Below, piece after piece: positions 57,293-64,000 of a stretch of DNA of 64,000 bases. The position numbers and the translations under genes were made by a program. This stretch comes from Eledone cirrhosa (taxonomy: Eukaryota): contig OZ024740.1 in the NCBI GenBank assembly GCA_964016885.1, positions 67,208,001-67,272,000 on the forward strand. The letters are read 5' to 3'. The notes beneath the pieces are model-generated. The model ran no database searches. It was not told where the DNA came from and was given only the letters and a program-made list of their open reading frames with translations. Within the stretch, counting starts at the first letter, position 1, and every line of letters begins with the position of its first letter.

Positions 57293-59839
57293 TCAAGTTA
57301 TAAATTGGGTGTTGAGTTCTAGTCTATTATTGATTGGTGGTTGTGTTTTGTCTATAATTAGTGCTTCCTTAATTCTAAGATTGCCGAGGTTTCTTTCCTT
57401 AGTTTCTATCCTAACTGTTATGGTTTTGTCTGTGTTTTTGCATTTAACTAGGTGTTTCTTAAATGAGGTGTTCTTTTATTCTTATGTGGAGTGGTCTGGT
57501 GGTGCTACCTACGTAGAAGTTTTTGCATTTGTCACACTCTAGTCTGTATACGACGTAAGCCTGGTGGCATAGGTCTGTGTCGTTGATGGGGCAGTTGGCT
57601 AGTCTGCAGCAGTTGTCATGTCTGGTGGAGTGCCTTTTGGATAGCTGTCCGCGTAGAGTAGGACCTGAATGGGCCAGTTGGATATCTAGTCCCTCTCGTC
57701 TGATAGCTCAGCGGATGGCTGTTGTTGTTTCTTCACTGAAGTGTGGGAGCTTCAGGAAGCAAGTGTTAGTGCCTCAGGTGTGGTGTCCTCTGTTCTTTCT
57801 GGCACGGTTTGTGGTGAATGTCGTGTATCCGTTCAATTTGAGTACTTGCAGGAAATGTGTGGTGTGTGTGTCTCGGTCTCTAGCGTCGGTGCATTTGTTC
57901 CGGATACGTGTAGTTCGTTCCTTATGTATCCGAACTTAGCGCCGGCTGGGAGGGCCGATCTGAAATGTACGGCTTTTTTTTATAGAAGCAGGTGTGGATG
58001 TTGCCTTCCTCTGCTACCCTGAGTTGGAAGTCCAGTAGGGATAGGGATCCGCGGTCATCGGGTTGTTCCATGCTTAACTTTATACTGGCGTCCATGCTGG
58101 AGAATGTTGTGTATATTTTATCTGCCTCCTCACGGGATGATGTAAGGATGAGTATGTCATCTACATATCGGGTGAAGAAGGTATGGGAATGGCAGGTGTT
58201 GAGGGCTCGGCATTCTAGCTGGTTCATGTAGTTGATGGCCAGCAGGTCCGATAGGCTGGATCCCATGGGTAATCCTGTTGTCTGGCTGTATGTGTGGTGG
58301 TGGAAGGTGAAGTACGTGTTGTCTACTGTGAAGGACAAAAGCTCGTGTATGTCCGTCGGGTGGAGGCCGTAGCAGTGGATGTCCTCTGCGACCACGCAGT
58401 CCGTCAATAAATCGACAGCTGGATGAGCGGGGACTGTAGTGTAGAAGGAGACAACGTCGAGGCTAAAGGCGTATCTATTTAGTTTAAGTTGTTCTGGTTG
58501 GAGTTGGTGTAGTCTACGTATAACTTCGTCGGAGCTACTGACATGCCCGGGAAAGGCGGAGAGTAGAGGCTTGAGAACCTGGGAGAGGAGCCAGGAAATG
58601 TTGTATAGGGGTCCTTCTATGCTAGAGACGATGGGTCTTATTTGCGTCTTAGTACTATTCTTGTGGGTCTTGATGAGGTGGTAGAAATTGGGCAGTCTGC
58701 TATTTCTAGTGGTGTAGTTGAGCTTAACTTTATTTAGGAGTTGTCTTCTCCTACAGATATCGAACCAGATGGAGTTGGTCTGTTTTTCGATCTGGGCTGC
58801 AGCCATGTCGGGGATCTTTGTATATAATTCATTGTCGCTTAGGTGTTCAAAGGCTAGGTTGTTGTATGTGGCTTGAGAGATGACGCAAAACTTTTTACCT
58901 TTGTCGGATGGTAAGTATACAAGTTCCCTATTCCGTAGGTTCTTCAGGCCGAGTTGTTGTGTCCTGGACAGGTTTGGGGCTATCTTCTTCTGTTTCCGTA
59001 AGATGTTAAATACGGAATGTTTTAGCCTCGAGAGTTTTTCTTCAAGCTCGCTGTTGGGAGGCAGTGGACAGAGTGGGCGTTCCAGTTGGTATATCGGGAA
59101 TCTGGGTTTGTTAGATTCCGTGGTGTTGTTGCCGAGAGTCGATATCTATTTTAGTTGGTAGGCAGCCCGACAGAAATTCGTTTCTATGTCGAGCCATAAT
59201 TTGTCGTCCAGTCTCTGTTTCAATATGAACTTGGGACCCAGGCTGAGGAGGTCTAATTCCTCTCGGGAGAGGGATCCTGTCAAGTCTGTGACGAGGTGTT
59301 TTGCGTCAGGTGTGTTGTTGGTCGGGGCGCCGCTAGGTTCGGTGTTGGTACCGTCTTGTTTGCCTCTGTTGGTGTTTAGAGTTGGGATGTTGTTAAGTCG
59401 CTTGGCCGTGCTGAGTTTGAGAAATTCTTTGCGTTAGACGTATTTTCTCGTAGTCTCGGCGATGGTGGTATGACCTGTCTATAGCGGCGGAGATGACTCT
59501 GGACAGAGGTTCTGGGGTTTCAGCGAGTTGTGGTACAAGGCTGGAAATAGTCCGTATGTGTTGTTGTAGCGTGCGGTGTAGATGTATGAGTTTTCTTAGC
59601 CAGAATGTTTGTATGTAACTAAGTGATCGTTTGAGGCCTGCTGATTTGAAGCATGTAGGTAGGTGCAGATTTTTGATAGTTTTGGGGATGATGTTGTTAT
59701 TCAGCCATCGTTTTAGGAAGTTTATTTGGCAGCCGGCTTTGGCGCGCTTTTCAGATAGCTGGAAGAGTTTCTTTACAGTTGTGAACTGGGCCTGGCTCAG
59801 GCGTAAGGAAAGGAGGAGGTTATAGTTCACTTGAAGCAT
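57293..59839 (-). pseudogene. Frameshifted full-length PLE ORF (N-terminal domain, RT, GIY-YIG)
   Basis: MLQVNYN..FLKRW.NNNIIPK; LGPKF; PSDKGK; FYHLIKTHK..IRPIVS; SLDVVSFYTTVP; GLPMGSSLS; RYVDDIL; VVYRLECDKCKNFYVGSTTRPLHIRIKEH. Confidence 0.92.
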
Positions 59840-60505
59840 TGTGTAATGAGGTATAAACGTTTGTATATGTATAATAAAGTCAAAACAATGCAGGTATGGA
59901 CATAGAATAGAAACACCTAGTTAAATGCAAAAACACAGACAAAACCATAACAGTTAGGATAGAAACTAAGGAAAGAAACCGCGGCAATCTTAGAATTAAG
60001 GAAGCACTAATTATAGACAAAACACAACTACCAATCAATAATAGACTAGAACTCAACACCCAATTTATAACTTGACAGAGCTTCTAGTCCCATATTTACA
60101 CACACCCCACACACACACACGCACAAACGCACGCACACACACACACACACACACACGCTTACAACCCCACTTATTCTCTCTCACACATACACACACAAAA
60201 CCAATTCTAACACGAGATAACATCAATCCCCCACATTTATGTATAGACATATCTTCTCACACTCACACACACACACTCACATACTTACACCTTCAGGCAT
60301 TCTCCCACACACTTAAACAGGCATGTACAAAAAAACAAAAAAAAACAAACAAACAAAAACACAACAAAACCCCTTTTAAAGGGAGACTACTCTTTATCCA
60401 TCTAATCTTAACTCTTTGACATTAGAGATAGAACAGATACTCTATACCATTTCCTGTCAGCATGACTTGGCAAGCTATTTAGAACACTGGATTAACAGCT
60501 TTACT

Positions 60506-60543
60506 TCCCTCTGAAGAAGAGATATTATCTCGAAAATTAAGGA
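60506..60543 (+). ncRNA. Minimal hammerhead in the pLTR (AATT palindromic stem III)
   Basis: tccct CTGAAGA a-gagata-t-tatctc GAAA at TA agga. Confidence 0.6.
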
Positions 60544-60701
60544 CATTTAAATAAATCTAAGGTATAAGGCTAATTGTCAACAATATCTTTTGCATTTGCA
60601 TTCTTTATTCTATGTCCATACCTGCATTGTTTTGGCTTTATTATACATATACAAACGTTTATACCTCATTACACAATGCTTCAAGTGAACTATAACCTCC
60701 T

Positions 60702-60746
<45 letters not shown>

Positions 60747-60786
60747 GGAGAAGGAACGCACGAGTTGGAATATATATATATTTATA

Positions 60787-61224
60787 TACGATATTAAATA
60801 AATGGAAACTATATTTATAAAACCATATTTATTTCATTATATATATTTCAGGGATATCATATTAAAAATATGTTATGCCTTCTTCAGACAAAATACAATA
60901 TAAACAGTCTTATAAATAGATAGATTTGACATACCTTTCAACTTCAACTTCCATTTAAAAAGTTGATTTTTAAATGGAAGTTGAAGTTGAAAGGTATGTC
61001 AAATCTATCTATTTATAAGACTGTTTATATTGTATTTTGTCTGAAGAAGGCATAACATATTTTTAATATGATATCCCTGAAATATATATAATGAAATAAA
61101 TATGGTTTTATAAATTTAGTTTCCATTTATTTAATATCGTAAATATACTCCAAATACTTGTTGAGTGCTTTTATATCAGTTATAAATATTTCCTCTTTGT
61201 AACCCAACAATTTAAATAAAACTT

Positions 61225-61227
<3 letters not shown>
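60787..61227. mobile_element. Palindromic mini-element G with two hammerheads
   Basis: Arms 60787-60961 / 60967-61141 near-perfect; tail 61142-61227; (TA)n flanks. Confidence 0.9.
61033..61098 (+). ncRNA. Type-I hammerhead ribozyme (family G; mirror copy 60830-60895 on minus)
   Basis: tattttgt CTGAAGA agg..catat..atatg..cct GAAA tatata TA atgaaata. Confidence 0.8.
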
Positions 61228-61273
<46 letters not shown>

Positions 61274-61523
61274 CAACTCGTGTGCTCCTTGTCCCCATTT
61301 TATATATATATATTAGCAAGTATTGCACCAAGAAAGATATTAAACATTGGCGTGAAAGGGGATTATGAAATTATTTGCTTTAACATATATTTCTGTGTCT
61401 ATTATAATCGTCTACAAATGGTGACTATAATATATATTCTTCAATCATATGCAATATTTAATTATTTATCACACTTCATGAGAAAGTCTATAATTGTGAA
61501 AGTGACTACGCGGTAGAATTCAG

Positions 61524-61561
<38 letters not shown>

Positions 61562-62227
61562 TAGCTGATCCCGTACCGTATAAAATGACAGCTAAAGCGT
61601 AGATGTGTATTTGTATATCCCTTTCAACTGCACTCGTTTTATATTCTTGATAATTCTAATGTATTTCGATATTGCTAGGGACGTGGCAACGTGGACAACA
61701 CATACACACAAACATTCACACACATACACTCAGAAGCGTGTAGCCAATCTAAGAACGCAGGTTAAAAATAATTATTATACACACACACATACATGTGTGT
61801 ATGTCAGTGTGTATGTGTGCTTGTGTGCATATGTATACATTGATATGTATGATTAACATATGTGTAGCGAATGGTGTTCTCTGTTTTCTAGAATTTGTCA
61901 CAGCCGCCTTCCCTCCACACTCATCACATAGGTGTGTGTGTATGTAATCATTATTTTGTATAATGTATATGTTTATGATATGTATGTATTTATATTTATA
62001 TACTCAAACATAGATGAGTTACCTCCCTTTGCGTGACGTACAAAAAACACAAGAGCGTTATATATTAGTATATATATATATATATATATAGATAGGTAAA
62101 TATACACGGGTGTGTATGATTGTTTATAGAAGATTATATTAATAAGAGGAATTCCAACTTTGTCTGATTTACTCGTTTTATTTACATATATATATATATA
62201 TACACACACACGCACACACACACACAT

Positions 62228-62324
<97 letters not shown>

Positions 62325-63037
62325 CATATATATATACATATATGTATGCACATTTATATATAGTTTCGTTGACAAATATATCAATATGCCCAGACACGCA
62401 GATATATTGCCCTTGGTATGACAGTGTGGCTTTAGCTCAAAGTAGGATATTGAACTCCCGCCAACCCAGGAGGGTCCACACCCGACTGTGAATGGATTGC
62501 AACCTCCAGAGTCAATAATCTAAACGAAAACCACGTGGCGGACATATAAATAACATAGCTGTCATTGACAGGTTTGGCTGTGTGTTCTCTCTTCTATATA
62601 CATTCTATCTACAGAAATTTGCACTCACTCTAATAAACCCGACTATTATTATAACAATACTTGCTCACTCTGCCATATGTGATTCTGGAAGCGGAGTTTC
62701 CTATATACACTGTCTATCTATGTAACGGGATAGCCATCACAATTTGTGTTTACTGTGGTATAGTTGTATACGGTACGACACATTGGTTGGATGCCTACTT
62801 GGACATACACTGAATTTCACCTGGTACGTTGGGTTGACCGACCGAACGTGAGGACTTTGGGGAATGCCAGTTATTGCCGACCTGGCGTGTTTTCAATTTC
62901 CTCACATCTATGCCGGCTGTACATGTAGCATACATTTCTTTAACTCGTCGTACTTTCTTTTATTTTTTATTTTAGATTTTAGGTGTATATCCCAGACCGC
63001 CTATGGTGATAAATCCCCTGGGTATAGGTTTTTGAAA

Positions 63038-63171
63038 AATAATTGTTTCTACTATTGGCACAAGGCCAGCAATCACCCAGTACATTACTGGTACTTTATT
63101 TTATCGACCCCTTAAGGATGAAAGGCAAAGTTAACCTCGGCAGGATTTGAACTCAGAATGACAAGGGCCGT
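63038..63171 (-). mobile_element. Family-1 SINE (5'-truncated)
   Basis: Matches 15626-15760. Confidence 0.82.
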
Positions 63172-63820
63172 AATAATGTTATCTCACTTAACGTTCGGAA
63201 CTGGAACATATCGATGTGGTTCGTAGGGTGCTGATATGATAAGGAGAATGGACCTGTTACAAGGTGATATAATTGTAGTAAACCATCCCTCATATGGGCT
63301 ATCATACATGTGAGGCTGCACCACTGCTAACCAACTATACTTCTCACAGACTCATGCTTGCAAACTCTCTTAATCTGCCTGTACATCTTGTTTTTGCACT
63401 GCTTGGGCTTTGATGTATCTATGCTTTGCTTTTTTTATATTTTGGGGGGTTTTCGGGCTTTTTGTTCCTTTATTGTTTGTATTTTTATATTTATCTCTTT
63501 TGTAATCCCTGTATTTTTGTACTTTTTTATTACTTTTTATTGTTTCTGATCATGCTGAGTAATACCTTCACCTATCCCTTGCTACCCTCTCCCAACCTCT
63601 TTATCATCTATTGCACCATTTAAGTGATAAAGCTTTGTGTAATTTTAAATTTTTATTTTTTACTTTTTGGTGTAATTTTTTAAAAACATTTTATGACATT
63701 ATGTGCTTCATGTATTCTGTCTATTACAATATAGCGCTGGCCTCGGAATTCCCCTGCTGGTCCTTTAACCTTGTTCTGGTGACGCAGCTCGATGGAGCAT
63801 GCAACTATTGATATACTCTT

Positions 63821-63882
63821 GTTTATAGGCTCTGATGATTCCTGCTGTGGGGTATGGACGAAACACTGTTAGCTAATAAAAC
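63821..63882 (+). ncRNA. Type-I hammerhead at the end of a probable PLE 3' UTR (~63300-63926)
   Basis: tttataggct CTGATGA t-tcc..gga-c GAAA cactg TT agctaataaa, ~45 nt before (TA)n. Confidence 0.7.
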
Positions 63883-63921
63883 ATTGTATTTCTAAGCACC
63901 GTTTGGTTATTCTTATTCTTA

Positions 63922-64000
<79 letters not shown>

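Larger units (their letters stand above)
56721..60703. mobile_element. Near-full-length PLE (Penelope/Poseidon-like) on minus 56721-59909 plus inverted 3' copy 59910-60703
   Basis: pLTR sequence at 56721-56775 repeated at 59854-59908; 59910-60660 is the reverse complement of 56721-57459; (TA)n flanks. Confidence 0.92.

Overview
Repeat-saturated, AT-rich metazoan non-coding DNA. The SINE families and microsatellite load suggest an octopod cephalopod, which is an inference. No host gene can be firmly called, and most ORF-track entries are microsatellite artefacts. The window is dominated by Penelope-like retroelements (PLEs; RT + C-terminal GIY-YIG) of at least four ORF-bearing families, including one uninterrupted 5'-truncated ORF at 41564-43561. 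It also holds decayed RTE, L1/Tx1, CRE and R4/Dong-like LINE fragments and two tRNA-derived SINE families. The most striking structure recurs about a dozen times. Unrelated PLE-end sequences sit as head-to-head palindromes (0.2-4 kb), mostly inside (TA)n tracts. Most arms carry a type-I hammerhead ribozyme that can be folded by eye, including U3-A8 core variants, palindromic dimer-type stem III and a ~115-nt stem II. Only one arm carries a 3' tail, and in several unrelated families that tail begins with the same ACTC-loop-GAGT hairpin. Several palindrome apices contain short templated filler repeats.
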